Below are positions 21,668 to 34,891 of a DNA stretch of 64,000 bases, in pieces. The position numbers and the translations under genes are program-made. The stretch's first letter is position 1. Each line of letters begins with the position of its first letter. Below the pieces are notes generated by a model that did no database searches, had not been told where the DNA came from, and was given only the letters and a program-made list of their open reading frames with translations. The DNA comes from Rebecca billardiae RCC1528 (Eukaryota > Protista > Haptophyta), in the NCBI GenBank assembly GCA_965240325.2, contig OZ251235.1, forward strand, positions 1,178,001 to 1,242,000, read 5' to 3'.

Positions 21668-24600
21668 ATGTGGATGTGGCGTGGCCTGCGGGCGGGGACC
21701 GGGGCCGCGCGCGGCGCTGTGCCGCCGCTCGCGCGCTCCCCGGTGCTCCGCTCGCTGTCCTCCACCGTCGCCCGGACGGTGAAGCTGCCGCAGCAGCTCG
21801 ACACCATCCTCGCGGAGTTCCGCGAGTCGAAGTCGCTCGCCAAGGCGACCAAGTCGCGGCCTGAGCTGATGGTGCGGGCAGAGGCGCGGCGCGGGCGCGC
21901 GTGAGCGGCGTGCGCGCTCTGCTGCAACCCCCCCCACCCCCCTCGTCGGGGAGGCGAGGGCCCCTCGTGCTCGCCGCCCATTGGCTGCGTGGCGCGTGGC
22001 GGCCAGGGGCGGCGCCGTCGATTGCGCGCCTCGGCTCGCACGGCGTGCGGCGCGTTGCTGACGTCCCGCCGCGCGTCGCGCGCACCCCGCCTCGCGCGCC
22101 CCGCCGCGCCGCGCAGAAAGTGCGCGTGCAGCGCGTGCTGCTGCTCTGCTCCGACTACGACTCGTACACGTTCGAGGAGGACGGCATGCTGGGAGAGCTG
22201 ATGCACTCCGAGTACGCGCAGCAGAACCTGCGCAAGCCGCCGGTGATCGAGCGGGTGACGTCGGTGGAGCACGCGATGGAGATGCTCCAGACGCAGGAGT
22301 TCGACCTGCTCATCTCGCTGCTGCGCACGCAGGGCGAGAGCCTCAACCTCGAGTCGTTTGTTGAGGCGGTCAAGAAGCACGACCCGAAGATTCCCATCCT
22401 GCTGCTCGCGCTCAACCCGTCGGAGCTGCTCTCGCTCGACTCGCGGGTGGATGAGTCGCTCCGCTTCAACGTCGACAAGCGGCTCACATGGGAGGCCGGC
22501 GGCGAGTCCGCGACTGCGACCACGGAGGCGAACGCGCTCGCGCAGTCGTGGCTGTGGCCGTTCCTGTGGCAGGGCAATCTCTCGCTCTTCACCGCCATGT
22601 TCAAGGCGGTGGAGGACCGGCTGAACGCGGTGGCGGACGTGAAGGTTGGGGCGCAGGTGATCCTGCTCGTCGAGGACAACGTCAAGTTCTACTCGATGTA
22701 CATGCCCATGGTCTACGCCGAGCTCATCAAGCAGTCGGCCGCGCTCGAGGACGAGAGCATGACACAGGCGGAGCGGCTGAACCGGATGCAGTCGCGCCCC
22801 AAGGTGCTGCTCTGCACCAACTACGAGGAGGCGGTGGACATCTTCGGGCGGTACAAGGACCAGACGATGGCGATCATCTCCGACGTCGCCTTCTTCCGCG
22901 GCGGCCAGTGGGACGCCGACGCCGGCCTCCACTTCATCAAGCACGTGAAGGAGCAGCGCCCAGACGTCGAGGTGCTGATGCAGTCGAGCGAGGAGCTGAT
23001 GCGCGAGCAGGCGGCCGAGCTCGACGTGGCGTTCCTGCACAAGAGCTCGCCCTCGCTGCACCTCGAGCTGCGCAACTTCTTCCGGAGGACGCTGCTCTTC
23101 GGCCCGCTCAGGTTCACCTCCGAGTCCGGCGCGGTGGTTGCCGAGGTGCGCACACGCGCCGCGCCCGCGACGACCTTGCGCGCTCGGCCGCCGCGCCGCG
23201 CACGCCGCCGCCGCCGCCGCCGCCGCGGGAGAAGCGAGGGCGAGGGAGTGAGCGAGGCGGAGGGCGCGCGGCAGCGCACTGGAGCGGCGCGACCCTCGGG
23301 CCGCGAGGCTGCACGCGCCCTCGCGCGGGCGCGGGCGCGCATCTGGGCCCTGCCCGGGCTCGCGCCGTGCTGCGCGCGCGCGCGGCTGCTTGGTGTCGGG
23401 GCCGCGGCCAGCCAGCCGCCTGGCGAGGCGCGCCGCCCGCTCACGCGGCCGCGCGCGCGCGCGCGCACACACGCTGCCGCCGTCGCGCCGCGCCCGCAGG
23501 CGAGCAACATCACGCAGCTGATGAAGGTGTACGCCAACCTGCCCGAGGACGTGATCGACCGCACGGCGCGCACCAACACGCTCTCGAAGTGGTTCCGCGC
23601 GCGCGCCGAGCCCGCGCTCGCCACGCACTTCACCGCGTCGCGCTACCCAGACGACTTTCTGCCTCACTACGCCGGCGCGGGGTTCAAGTCGGAGAAGGAG
23701 ATGCTGCGGCACTGGGTGATCACCTCGATGTTCTCGCTGCGCAACCGGCTCACCGGCGCGGTCTCCGACGCGTCCGAGTCCGACGCGATGACCCCGATCG
23801 TGCGCGTGGGCAAGGGGTCGCTCGGAGGCAAGGGCCGCGGCTTCCGGCTGCTGCACAATTTGATGGACGCCTTCGACATTCAGACGGCGCTGATGCCGCA
23901 GGTGAAGCTGGAGGTGCCGCAGTGCCTGATCCTCGCGACGGACGTGTTCGACCGGTTCATCGAGTCCAACGAGCTCATCGGCACCGTCATGACCTCGCAC
24001 TCCGACGACGAGATCCAGTCGCTCTTCGACGCGGCGACGCTGCCGGTCGACGCGATGGACGCGCTCAAAAAGTATGCGGAGCGCACGGGCACGCCCATCG
24101 CGGTGCGCTCGTCGTCGCTGTTCGAGGACGCGTTCCAGCAGCCGTTCGCCGGGGTGTACGAGTCGTACATGCTGAGCAACACCGAGGGCGGCATCCCCGA
24201 GCGCGTCAACGCGCTTGCATCCGCCGTCAAGCGCGTGTACGCGTCGGTCTTCTCGCTCGAGGCTCGGCGTTACGCAGAGGCGTCTCGGCTCACGGTCGCC
24301 AACGAGAAGATGGCCGTGATCATCCAGGCGATCGCGGGGAAGGAGCACTCGGCGGGCGTGTTCTCGCCGTCGCTGGCGGGCGTGGCCAACGCGATTGACT
24401 TCTACCCGCGGCCGCACACCACCACCGACGACGGCTGCGCCACCATGTCGTACGGCTTCGGCTCGTCGGTCGTCGACGGCAACTCGGCGCTCACCTGGTC
24501 GCTCGGCGACCCGTCGTACACCGTCGGCAGCCCGAGCGATTTCATGGTGCTCAGCCTCGGGGACGGCGTGGGCGTGAACACGGGGGGCGTGGTGGTGAGC

Positions 24601-25993
24601 GACTCCGCGCTCAACAAGGTCGGCGCCTCGCAGCTCGGCGCCTTCGGCCTGATGAAGACCGTCGCGAGCTCGAAGCACGCGCCGATCGTCGAGCTGCAGA
24701 CCAAGGACGCGCACGGCCAGCAAGTCGTGTTTACGCACCGCTCGACGCCGCACGAGCCCGCGCCGCACGCGCCGCCGGCGGAGCTGACCGAGCTGACGCT
24801 GCAGCAGGTGGTGCGCGGCGACGCGTTCCCGCTCTCGCCCGCGCTCTCCTTCTTCCTCCAGCTCGGCACCGCCGCGCTCGCGTGCCCCGTCGAGGTCGAG
24901 TTTGCGATCAACCTGCGCAAGTCGATTCACGAGGTGCACGAGCTGCACATCTTGCAGATCCGGCCGATGCCGCAGCTCATCTCGGACTCCAAGTCGACCA
25001 AGGCGCTGCGCTTCTCGTACCTCCCCTCCACGCAGCACGCCTTCGTCACCTCCAAGCACGCCCTCGGCCACGGCCGCTTCAACAACATCACCGACGTCAT
25101 CTACGTCTCCCCGGACGCCTTCACGCCCGAGAACTCGGACGAGATCGCGCGCGAGATCGGCGAGCTGAACGCGGTGCTGCGCAAGAAGGGGAAGAAGTAC
25201 ATGCTCGTCGGGCCGGGGCGGTGGGGCACGCGGGACAAGGCGCGCGGCATCCCGGTGAACTGGAGCCAGGTGCGCCGCGCCGCACCGCGCATGCGCACGC
25301 CGCGCACGCGCGCGCCGCCCCGCACACCGCGCCGCGTGCGCGCGCCGCCGCGCGCCGCGCACTCGCCTCGCGCGTTGCGCGTCGCGCGCCAACTCTCTCT
25401 CCGCTCACGTCGGCCCCCGCCCCCGCGCGCGGCGCGTCGCCCCGCCGCGCGCGCAGATCGACGCGTCGCAGTTCATCATCGAGACGTCGCTCTCGTCCGC
25501 GTCCGGCGGCACCGCCGTGCCGCCCTCGCAGGGCGCGCACTTCTTCCAGAACATCATGTCGTTCGGGCTCGGGTACATGACGGTGGACCAGCGCGACGCC
25601 TCAAAGGAGGAGGACATCGACTACGCGTGGCTCGACGCACAAGAGAAGGTGGGCCGCCGCCGCGAGCCCCGCGCGCGCCCGGCGGCGCGCGCCTCGCGGC
25701 GCTGCCGCCGCTCCGGACTGACACGCCCGCGCGCGCTTGCGCGCGTGCCGCCGCCGCGCGACCGTTCCTTCTTTGATGTCTTTTTTCTTTTCCGCGCTCA
25801 GGTGTCGCACTCGGCGGAGCTGCCGGCGCTGCGCTACGTGCAGCACGTCACGCTGCCCGAGGAGCTCGAGGTCGTGTGCGACGGCCTCTCGCGCCGCGGC
25901 GTCATCATGAAGCCGGGCAAGCCCTTCGACACGTACGTCGCGCAGGTCGACGCCATGATGGCTATCACTTCGGAGAGCGGCGGGATGAACTGA
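21668..25993 (+). CDS. Mitochondrion-targeted receiver-domain / PEP-pyruvate-binding (PPDK_N ATP-grasp) protein of bacterial type; exons 21668-21871, 22117-23145, 23500-25269, 25457-25648, 25802-25993
   Basis: Presequence MWMWRGLRAG...RSLSS. Receiver-like VILLVEDN and AIISDV. ATP-grasp GSLGGKGRG, IAVRSSSLFED..QPFAGVYES, EKMAVIIQ, VEVEFA, ILQIRP. C-terminal GPGRWG, GIPVNW and PSQGAHFFQN. All four introns are frame-consistent. Confidence 0.88.
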
Positions 25994-26789
25994 ATGAGCC
26001 GCGCGCACGAGCGCGCGGCCGCGCACCGTGCGCAGCCGCGCGCCGCGCCTCGTGCTCGCAGCTGCTCGGCTGGCGCCGAGCACACCCAGTGGCGACAGGT
26101 CGCGCGGCCACCTCCGGCTCCGGGCGTACCCTGGCAACTTGCGGCATGTGGCATCGACGCGCGCGCACCATGGGCGGTGCACGCCCGGCCGCCGTGAGTC
26201 ATCCCTGCTGGAAGCTTATTGCGGCAGCACCTGACACCTGTCGTCGCCCGACGCTCACTACGCTGCCGGGCCTCGCGTGCACGTGTGACTGCCGACGATG
26301 CGTACGCATTATCATGGCGCTCGTCATGCAGCAGGCTTCAACTACGGACGCGCATAACTCGCGTAGTCATATTATAATATATATTATATATATAATATAT
26401 TAGCATACAGCTAGCTACTAGCTAGACTCCTAAGACTTAGCAGAGAATTCAGCAGTCGTCTCAGTAGAGTTAGACAGTAGACAGTAGTAGTATCACGGCT
26501 GTCCGCGACCGCGGGTCCGGCGCGCTATATATGATCGGCTACGCCGATCTTCGGGTAGTGAACAACGAAGTTGAGGGCGCACGGCCCTATGTACAGAATA
26601 TCACAGTTGCATAAACTCACAATCACAGCATGCCTACCAGAATACGTGTAACCGTACTCGCGGTTGTACTTGTAGTCGGCGTCGCGAGTTCACCAATGAC
26701 CGAGCAGGCAGCCAATACACGGCACGATTAGGCCCGCGACCAGCCTCGTGAGCGCGACCGAGCCAGAGGTGGTCGGCGGCATCGAACCC

Positions 26790-27252
26790 CACCGCGCTCG
26801 CTCGTCGAGCTGCGCACGGGTATCGGTGCGCGCGCGCCAACGCGGCGCGCCGTGCTCGCGCCCGGCGGCTGCACTGAGTGCACACCTGCCGTCGCGCGCG
26901 CACGGGCGCGTGATGGACCGAGGAGGTCGCGCGAGCATGCACGATGTGTCTGGATGGAGCGTGTAGTAGGTGTAGGCTGCGCTCCGCACGCGCTCCACCC
27001 CGATGCACCGCGTCTCTCCATACGCGTCGAAACACACCGCGCTCGCTCGTCGAGCTGCGCACGGGTATCGGTGCGCGCGCGCCAACGCGGCGCGCCGTGC
27101 TCGCTCGCGCCCGGCAGCTGCCGAAACCTGCTCGCGCGCGCACGCGCGCGTGATGGACCGAGGAGGTCGCGCGAGCATGCGCGATGTGTCTGGATGGAGC
27201 GTGTAGTAGGTGTAGGCTGCGCTCCGCACGCGCTCCGCCACCGTGCACCGCG
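26790..27252. repeat. About 246-bp tandem duplication (2 diverged copies)
   Basis: CACCGCGCTCGCTCGTCGAGCTG...GGATGGAGCGTGTAGTAGGTGTAGGCTGCGCTCCGCACGCGCTCC starts at 26790 and again at 27036. Confidence 0.92.
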
Positions 27253-28503
27253 CTGCCCCTCGTCCACGCGGTCACCGCCGAGCCCGAATTCTGAACGCGT
27301 GCGTGAGCCCCCCGGAGCGCGCCTCCGAGCAGCAGTCGCAGCCATCGTGTCGAAGGCGTGGCGAGAGGAAGATGGCAAGTAGCGCGATGATGCACCATCT
27401 CGTCGCGCCCACGGGCAGCGCGCGGTGCGCGCCTTCGCGCCTCGAGCAGGCTGCCGAGCCGAGCCGTGCCGGCCTGCCGCGCTCGATGCGCGCGTCGAGT
27501 CGCGCGTCCACCACCGTGATGAGCACGGATGAGCGCGCGCAGCCGTGTCGTAGTTCAGGTGGGGTCCCCCGATCGCACGCACCACCGCGCCGCCACGTCT
27601 GCACCCGCCTTGTGGCACCACGCGGGGGCACGCGCCGGGCCGCGCAGGCAGCACAGCAAGCACGGCTCGACCGGCAAACGGTCAGCGCGCGGCGAGGGTG
27701 GAGTCCGGTGAGGGGCGACCGGGGTGTCCGGCGCGACGGAGGTGGTCCACGCCGTGGTCGCCGACGCGTTCCTCACCACCTCCGAGGCCGTGGTGGCCGC
27801 CCGGGAGAAGGAATGCTCCCCGTCGCACCGCGCCTGTGCAGTGCAGCACCCCGCATTGCCAACCGCAAGAAACGAGCCGTGCCTCTTCGGCCTTGGGCCG
27901 TGCGTGCCTCTTCGACGTCCAAATCACGTTTCAGTTGAAGATCTCTTGATTCTAGTCACCGATAAAATGTTAACCAAGTGTGCACGTTAATAATAGTAAA
28001 CTGTACTTTACTTCGCGGGCCACCCGGCACCCAGTGCGCACCCACTTGGGTATTTTGAGCGCCTTCCGGCTTTAAAAGATATTACCCATGTATGAATCAA
28101 GGGTAATCAAGGGGCTTTTAACAAGGGGCTTAACGAGTTAACGGCCTTAACCTGATGATATCCGCCACTGAGAAGCGACGGTTCATGAATCATGACTTCA
28201 GATGCCGGCATAATGATTCTTTACTTCAAGCGACATAAAATCTGACTCAACCTCTCTTTTCTATGGTTGGCGAGCTGTTTCAGGCTCTTACAATTCAGGC
28301 ATCTTACTATGACGGAATGTTCGAACACACGGCTGGTGTTATGTGCTATTCCACCCGGCATTCCCCTAAGTGTTACTATCGTTAAAATTAAGGGGCAGTA
28401 CAAACGCAATCATTGCGGCAGCGATATCCACTCATACGCGGTGGCCACCTACCGAAAAATCCCCAAAATCCTGCGCGCATCCTCTTTTTGATTTTGCGGA
28501 GCA

Positions 28504-28566
28504 CGTGCGCCGCCCCCCCCGGCTTTCGCTCACGCTCAGACCTTTCGGGGGGGGCGTGCGCCATGA
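28504..28566. repeat. 63-bp hairpin repeat, copy 2 (inverted relative to 1114-1176), ending an AT-rich block (about 27930-28500)
   Basis: Direct sequence comparison. Confidence 0.9.
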
Positions 28567-28931
28567 TGTAGGACTACTCTTCGCTGCTCGATAATCGATT
28601 GATATGTCCGTCGTGACCGCGTAATCCGTATGAGCCGCGCTGAACTGCTGCCGGAGCAACTGGGCACTGGCACTGCCGGTGCCACGACGACGACTGCTCG
28701 ACCGGGCCCGTGGTCGGGCGCCCGGGCCCCGGGCGGGGCCTGCTGCTTGAACGACGCGAAGCGCATCGTCATATGCATCACTGTTGTATGCGCGCGGTCA
28801 TCTGCGTGCTCGGTGGTGCACTGGTCTCTGCTCATCGTCGGCTCTGCTGCCTCTGCATGCTCGACTCGTGACTTGTGACAGGCACGAGATGTGTTTCACT
28901 CGTGACTCGAGCGCTGTCTCACACACATCGC

Positions 28932-31738
28932 TCACGCATCGGCCCCGTCGTGCAGCCTGCGCCGCGCTGCGGGCTGCGACGGGACGGCGATGCGGCGCGG
29001 GGTGATGGACACGTCCACTCCGCACAGCTCGCGGTGCCTGCAGCGAGGGAGGGAGCGCGCGCACACGCGCACGCGCATGGACAGACAGGGGGGGTGACGC
29101 CCGAGCAGCGGTCAGCCACGGGTCAGGCGGACGGCGCGCACAGCGCCGGGCGGCGCGGAGGGCGTCTGGCGCACGCCGCCGCCCCCTGGAAAGCCGCCAG
29201 CGGCCTGGTCGCAGCGCGCCGCACCGCTTCCAGTCGGCACGCTGACACTCGGCGTTGCAGTCTGCGGCGCGCGGGCGGCGCGGCGGGCGGGTCGGGTGTC
29301 GGGGGCCGCGGCTCAGCCGCCAGGCAAGGCGCTGGGCTTGCACGCCGCCCGCTGCGCGCGCCGTGCTCGGAGAGCGTGCAGGCGCGCGCGCGCGCGCGCG
29401 TCGGTCGCGGGCGCGCACAGAAGACGGCCCCGCACTTGGCGCAGCCCTTGAGGCCGACAGCGCGGCGCGCGCACGTCTGGCACGCGAGGATCTCGCGCAC
29501 TTTGGGCGCGGCGCGGCGCGCGCCGCCCTCGGCGCGGCTGCCCAGAGGGGAGGGTGTCGTGGCCTCAGCGGCGTTGGGGCTGGGGGTCTCGGCGTGGTGC
29601 TGGGCGGGTTGCGGGGAGCCGGACGGCGGCGCGCCGCCCGCCCCCTCGCTGGGCGCGCCCGCCGCTCCCTCCGCCGCGCGCGCCAGCGAGATCTCGATCT
29701 CGTCGCGCAGCCGCGCAAAGCGCGGGTCGGCGGGCGCGCGCGCCAGCGCGAGCTGGATGTCTGTGCGCGCGAGCGCCGGGCGTCCGAGCTGCGCGAAGGC
29801 GCGCGCCCGGCGGTACGCGAGCTTGGTGCACAGCGTGAGGTCGGCGTGGGCGGGCGGCTCCTCCTCGTGCAGCACGAAGCCGTCGACCACGGCGAGCGCG
29901 CGCGTGCAGTCGTCGCGCGCGCACTCGAGCCGGCCCAGTCGCAGCGCGCTCTCCGCACGGTTTGCTAGGAGCACCGCCGCGCCGCGGCTGAGCGGGAAGC
30001 GCTCGGCGAGTGCGCGCGTGTACAGCGCGTGCGCGCGCGCGTACTCGGCGCCGCCGAACGCGACGTTGCCCTCGGCGCGCAGCTCGTCGGCGCGCGCCCC
30101 GTCCTCCTCCTCCATCGGCGCGAACTGCTCGCCGTGCCGAAATTCGCGCGACTTGCCCGCGGCGCTCCGGCGCAGCGCGGCGCGGACGGGTCGGACGAAC
30201 TGCCGACTGTTGTCGTCCAAGCCTGCCTCGAGCACGGCGAGGAAGCGGTCGCACAGGCCGGCGCGGACGAGCGCGCGACACACGGCCGGCGGGCCGTGCA
30301 GCGCGAGCTGCAGTGCCGCCTCCAGCGCGCGGCACCGCAGCGATTCGCTCGATGAGAAGCAAGCCGCCGCGACCGCGGGCGGCGCCTCGGCTGCAAACCG
30401 CGCGCTGTCAAACAGGCGCGCGCGCACGTCCGCGCCGCCGTGCTTGAGCGTGTTGGCGAGGGCGGCCATCCAGCTGTCGAGGGGCCACGCGCCGGGCAGC
30501 CACACGTTCTGCGCGAACAGCTCGGCGAGCGGCGGCACGCCCTCCGCGCCGCCGCCGAGCACGAGCGCGCGCACGGCGCCGCCGTGGCCGCACAGCGCCT
30601 CGAGCAGAAGAGCGCCTGAGTGCGCCACGTCGCTGTGCTTGCCGGCGCCGTCGTAGGGCGGCGAGAGCGGGTCGAGCAGCGAGCCCTCGCCGAGCAGCGG
30701 CTCGCCCGGCCGCGGGCGCAGCACGTAGCGCAGCATCGCGCCCTCGGCCACAATCTCCTCCGCCGCGCGCGCCAGGCCGTGTTTGCACATGGCGGTGCCG
30801 ATGGCGATCGAGTTCTCGACCGCAGCCGGCACGCGCGCGTGCGCGCGCTCGCCCATCTCGCGACGGCTGAGCTCGACGGGGTCGACGGTTTGGTAGTGCT
30901 TCTCATTCGTCGGCAGACCGAGCGCGAGCAGCGAGCGGTGGTACGGCGGCACGCCCGCCGCCTGCTCCGCCCGGACTAGTCCGGACCAGTGCTCGTACGA
31001 CGCGGTGGGCAGCACGACTTGGAGCGCGCGCGCGCGCTCGAGCTCGGCGCACACCTCGGCGCTGGCGTCGGCGAGGCGGCGGAGCGCAAGCACGGCCATC
31101 AGCGCCTCGAGGTACGTCTTCTCCCCGCCCAGCACGCGCAGCAGCACGGGCAGCGCGCCCGCGCGGATGACGGCGCGCGCGTTCGTCTCGAGCAACGGAC
31201 CCGTCTTGGCGACCGAGCTCGCGAGCGGCGAGCGGAAGCGCAGCACGGGGCCGACGCGGCCGACGGCGTCGGTGTAGCACGTGCGACCGATGACGGAGAT
31301 GGCGTGGTATGCAACGACGGGCCACATCGCGTCCTCGTTCACGCCGTCGGGTACGCGCGCCTGCACGAGCGCCGTCAGAGCCTCCACAAGCCCGGCAGCC
31401 ATCATCTCGCGCGCGAGCGTGGGCACCGCGAGCCCGCGCGCGTACTTCTCAGCGTGGGTGAAGAAGGTGTTGAGCCCAGAGACGCAGATCACCGCCGCCT
31501 GCTGATCGCCATACCCCTCGTGCGCCAGAGGGAGCAGCTCGAAGAGCTGGCGCCACGCGCGCTCGCGCGCCCGCGCGCCGCCCGGAAGCTCCGCGATCTC
31601 GAGCACCGACAACGGCACAGAGTGGGGCATGTCCGGGGGGAGAAAGCGGTGGGCACCATCCTTTGACGGGTCGCGCACGTGCGCCACGTCCTCGGCGAGC
31701 TGCGCCCGCATACCTCCCATCACGTGCTCGATGTTCAT
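28932..31738 (-). CDS. ARM-like / TPR / MYND zinc-finger protein; exons 31738-29419, 29261-29225, 29037-28932
   Basis: TPR: LRAEGNVAF..YARA..LYTRAL, LLANRA, KLAYRRARAF. Spliced MYND: CQTC....LKGCAKCGAVFYCNAECQRADWKRHRELC. ARM-like IRAGALPVLLRVL. Confidence 0.85.
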
Positions 31739-32221
31739 CGTGCCCTTTGCGCCGTGCTCCCTCGAACGAAGTGACAGTTGGCCAAACTCGGCCGACGACG
31801 CGATCTCGTCTTTCAACTTTCAACTTGGTCGGGGGAACCACGCCAGTCCGGGAGCATTTTGATTTTTTCAGGACCAGCAACGCATCCGTGGCCACCGCAG
31901 CAGCAATTTTCGCAGACGCATATTTCGCGTGACGCGCGTCACGACTCACGGCGGCGCCCAGCCCGCCGCCGCCTGACAGTGACTCATATTTCGCAAGGCG
32001 GGCGTGATGCCCCCGAGCCCCTGCCCAGGGCAGACAGACTCAGGCTGGCGCCGCCGATGGAATCCTCGTGATGAGGCAGCTTTGGAAGTGACGACTCCTC
32101 CGCGGTCCGCCTCGTCGCGACGTCGCGTAACCCGGCGTCGCACCTGTATGCGTATGAATAACGAATAACGATTGGCGATTGCTGGCGTCGATGAGAGCTC
32201 CGCGTGAGTCTACAGTGCCGC

Positions 32222-33297
32222 TCAGGTCGAGGCGTTCGCGTCCGTCGTGATGTTGTACAGCAGCTGCGCCAGCCATCGCTTCGTGGACACGTCGTCTTTC
32301 AAGGCCGCGCTGAACGTCGCATCTCGCAGCGAGTCTGGCAGGCACTGCCGGAGCGCCTCCCGCGCCCTGCGCAGCGGCGTGGCGCGCGCGAGCGGCAGTT
32401 CACGCGTCGCGGAAGCGCACGGTCCGCGTCAGAGCGGCGTTCGGCCGCGCCGCGCGCGCGCCACGGCGCTGCGCTGCCGCGCCGCGCCGCGCCGCGCACC
32501 TCGAGTTCTCCGAGAGCCGCAGGTAGCAGCGGACAATGTGCTTGAGCAGCCGAGCGGACGGCTGCTCTGTGAGCATCTGCATCATGTTGGCGAGCACCGT
32601 CGAGACGGCGTAGAAGCGCTCGGCGATCGCGCAGATGTACGAGAGCCCCATGTCGTCGAGCAGGATCTTCTGCACGATGAAGGTCGCCACGGTCTTGGAG
32701 AGCTCCGAGCCCGTCTCCATGATGCGAAGGCAGAGGGGGATGATCTCGGTCGAGAGCAGGAAGTTGATCACCTCCGAGTCGTCGACCTTGACGAGCGCGC
32801 CGATCACGCCGAGGGAGGTGAGCCGAAGGTACTCGAAGGGCCGCGTCTTCGAGACCGTGTTCAGGAACGGATACAGGAAGAGAGGGATGTGCGCTGCGCG
32901 CGACAGATGGAGGGCAGACGAACGGCGGCCGCGTGAGGTGCGCGCGGCCAAGCGGGACGCGCCACGACGGTGCGGAGGCGACGGCGCACGCACCATTCAG
33001 GAATAGCGTGCGCGTCTCTGGATGCGACGCGACGCACTGCAGGAGCGCGAGTGCGTTACACACGCGGTTGGACGCGTGCGCAGTGAGCGACGGCGGCGAC
33101 AGCAGTGGGTAGATGGACACAATCTCCTGCAGCAGGGCGGCGATCGTCCCAAACGAGTGCCACAGGATGGGCGCGAGGTCTGCGAAGGCCTCACGACGCT
33201 TCGACAGCTCGAGCAGCGCAGACTCGCGCTGCTCGGGGTTCGTGAGGTCCGCGACGAGCGCGAATATCTTGTCGCGGTCGTCCCCCGGCTGCTCCAT
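32222..33297 (-). CDS. CNOT9: CCR4-NOT subunit 9 (Rcd1/Caf40); exons 33297-32994, 32893-32500, 32366-32222
   Basis: Highly conserved [66 protein letters not shown] and [11 protein letters not shown]. Confidence 0.97.
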
Positions 33298-33423
33298 TGT
33301 ACCACGGACGCCGAGTCGGAGCGCCAGGACCCGCAAGGCAAGGAGTGGGTGCGACCGGACTTTCTCGCGAAGCGGGCGGCCGGGCGCCAATGGCTGCCTG
33401 CCTGCCACTGCAAACCCAGCAGC

Positions 33424-34891
33424 ATGCCGGTCCCTGCGAGGATGGACAAGTTTGTGATCGGCGACCGGCGTTCCACCACTGAAAGCCGACACTCCACCAG
33501 CAGCCGATACTCCGATTCAGATCGCCTCCTCAAGGGGCCCGTGGTGTCGAGCTCGATCAAGGTCGATGCTGACCGGGATGCTGCCGAGCGCGTGCTCTTT
33601 GCCAACGACAGGCGCGACCGCGGCACACAGAGGTCGGACGAAATCAGGCGCGCGTACAACAAGGTGTTCGACAAGTGCGTAGAGGTGGGTATCGGCTTCC
33701 AGGTGATCCGCATTCACGCGATCGACGAGGCGGCCGAGCACTTCAGCGTCGACTTTGACATGCACATGCGATGGTCCGACCCGAGCGTCGTGGACGTGAA
33801 GGAGCCCGACTGGACCAAGGCGTGGAGCCCGATGATCATCTTTCGGAACGAGGTGGACTTGCGCGAGATCAGCCGCAGGATCTACGTCTCCGACCCGTCG
33901 CGCGGCGTCGTCTTCTCGTACATGAAGTACAACGCGCAGTTCTACGAGAACCTCGAGCTGCACAAGTTCCCGTTCGACAGGTGCGCGCGCGCTGCCGGCG
34001 TGCACCCTGCCGAGCACGTGCGAGCGCCGGCGGCTCACCGCGGTCTGTCTGCTCCCGCGCCCTCATGTGCGCGGCGGGCGCAGGCAAATCCTACACATCG
34101 ACGTCAGCTCGTTCCGACCGACGAAAGAGCTGCGCTTCGTCCCGTTCACCGAGCGGCCGAACAAGATCTTTGCGATGCCCATCTCCCAGTGGCACGTGCT
34201 CAAGACGCACGGCCCAGACGGGCGGGCGACGGGCGAGCCGGCGGAGATCACGGTGACGCCCGAGGCGCAGCTCATGGCGTCGGCCGACGGGCTCCACTAC
34301 CCACGCGCCTCGTTCGAGATCCGCGTCGAGCGCCAGTGCGAGTTCTACCTGTGGAACATGGTCGTCGTGAACTTTGCGCTCGTCGAGATGGCGTTTGCAG
34401 TGTACGCGATCCCGCCGGCGGACATCGCCGATCGCTTGGCCGTCAACCTCACGCTCGTGCTGACGGTGGTCGCGTTCAAGTTCACGTTCGCGGGTGACAT
34501 GCCCAAGAAGGCGTACTTGACGTGGTGCGATGCGCGCTCGAACCCGACGCCCTCCCGCCGTCGCGCAGTGCCGTGCCGCCTCTGCCGGCGCGGTGCTCGT
34601 GCGCGCTCCCTCGCGACCTCACGCCGCACGCGTATGCCCCCGCACGCGCACAGGATGGACAAGTACATGATCACGGGCTTTGTCGTCCTCGTCCTGCAGG
34701 CTGCCGAGTGCTTCGCCGCTGCCAAGCTGGAGGGCAACCACTTCGTGCTGCACCTCGTCGAGCACATCTTTCAGCTGGCCGTCTTCCTGCCGTGGACCCT
34801 GTACCACCTATACATTGCGTGCTTCAGCCGGCGGATGTACCTGCCGTGGGACACTGTCAGAGGGGAGCAGAAGGTGCAAGTTATTCTCTGA
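33424..34891 (+). CDS. Pentameric ligand-gated ion channel-like protein (Cys-less type); exons 33424-33980, 34084-34524, 34654-34891
   Basis: ID...EHFSVDF....[24 protein letters not shown]...[34 protein letters not shown], and four TM helices. The start could instead be ATG 33442. Confidence 0.88.

Noticed and set aside
21547-25392. Long antisense and alternative-frame ORFs (also 18446-20518, 37017-38453, 48787-50697, 51127-53010)
   Set aside because: They are shadows of real genes caused by high GC3 and stop-codon scarcity, and carry no recognisable motifs.
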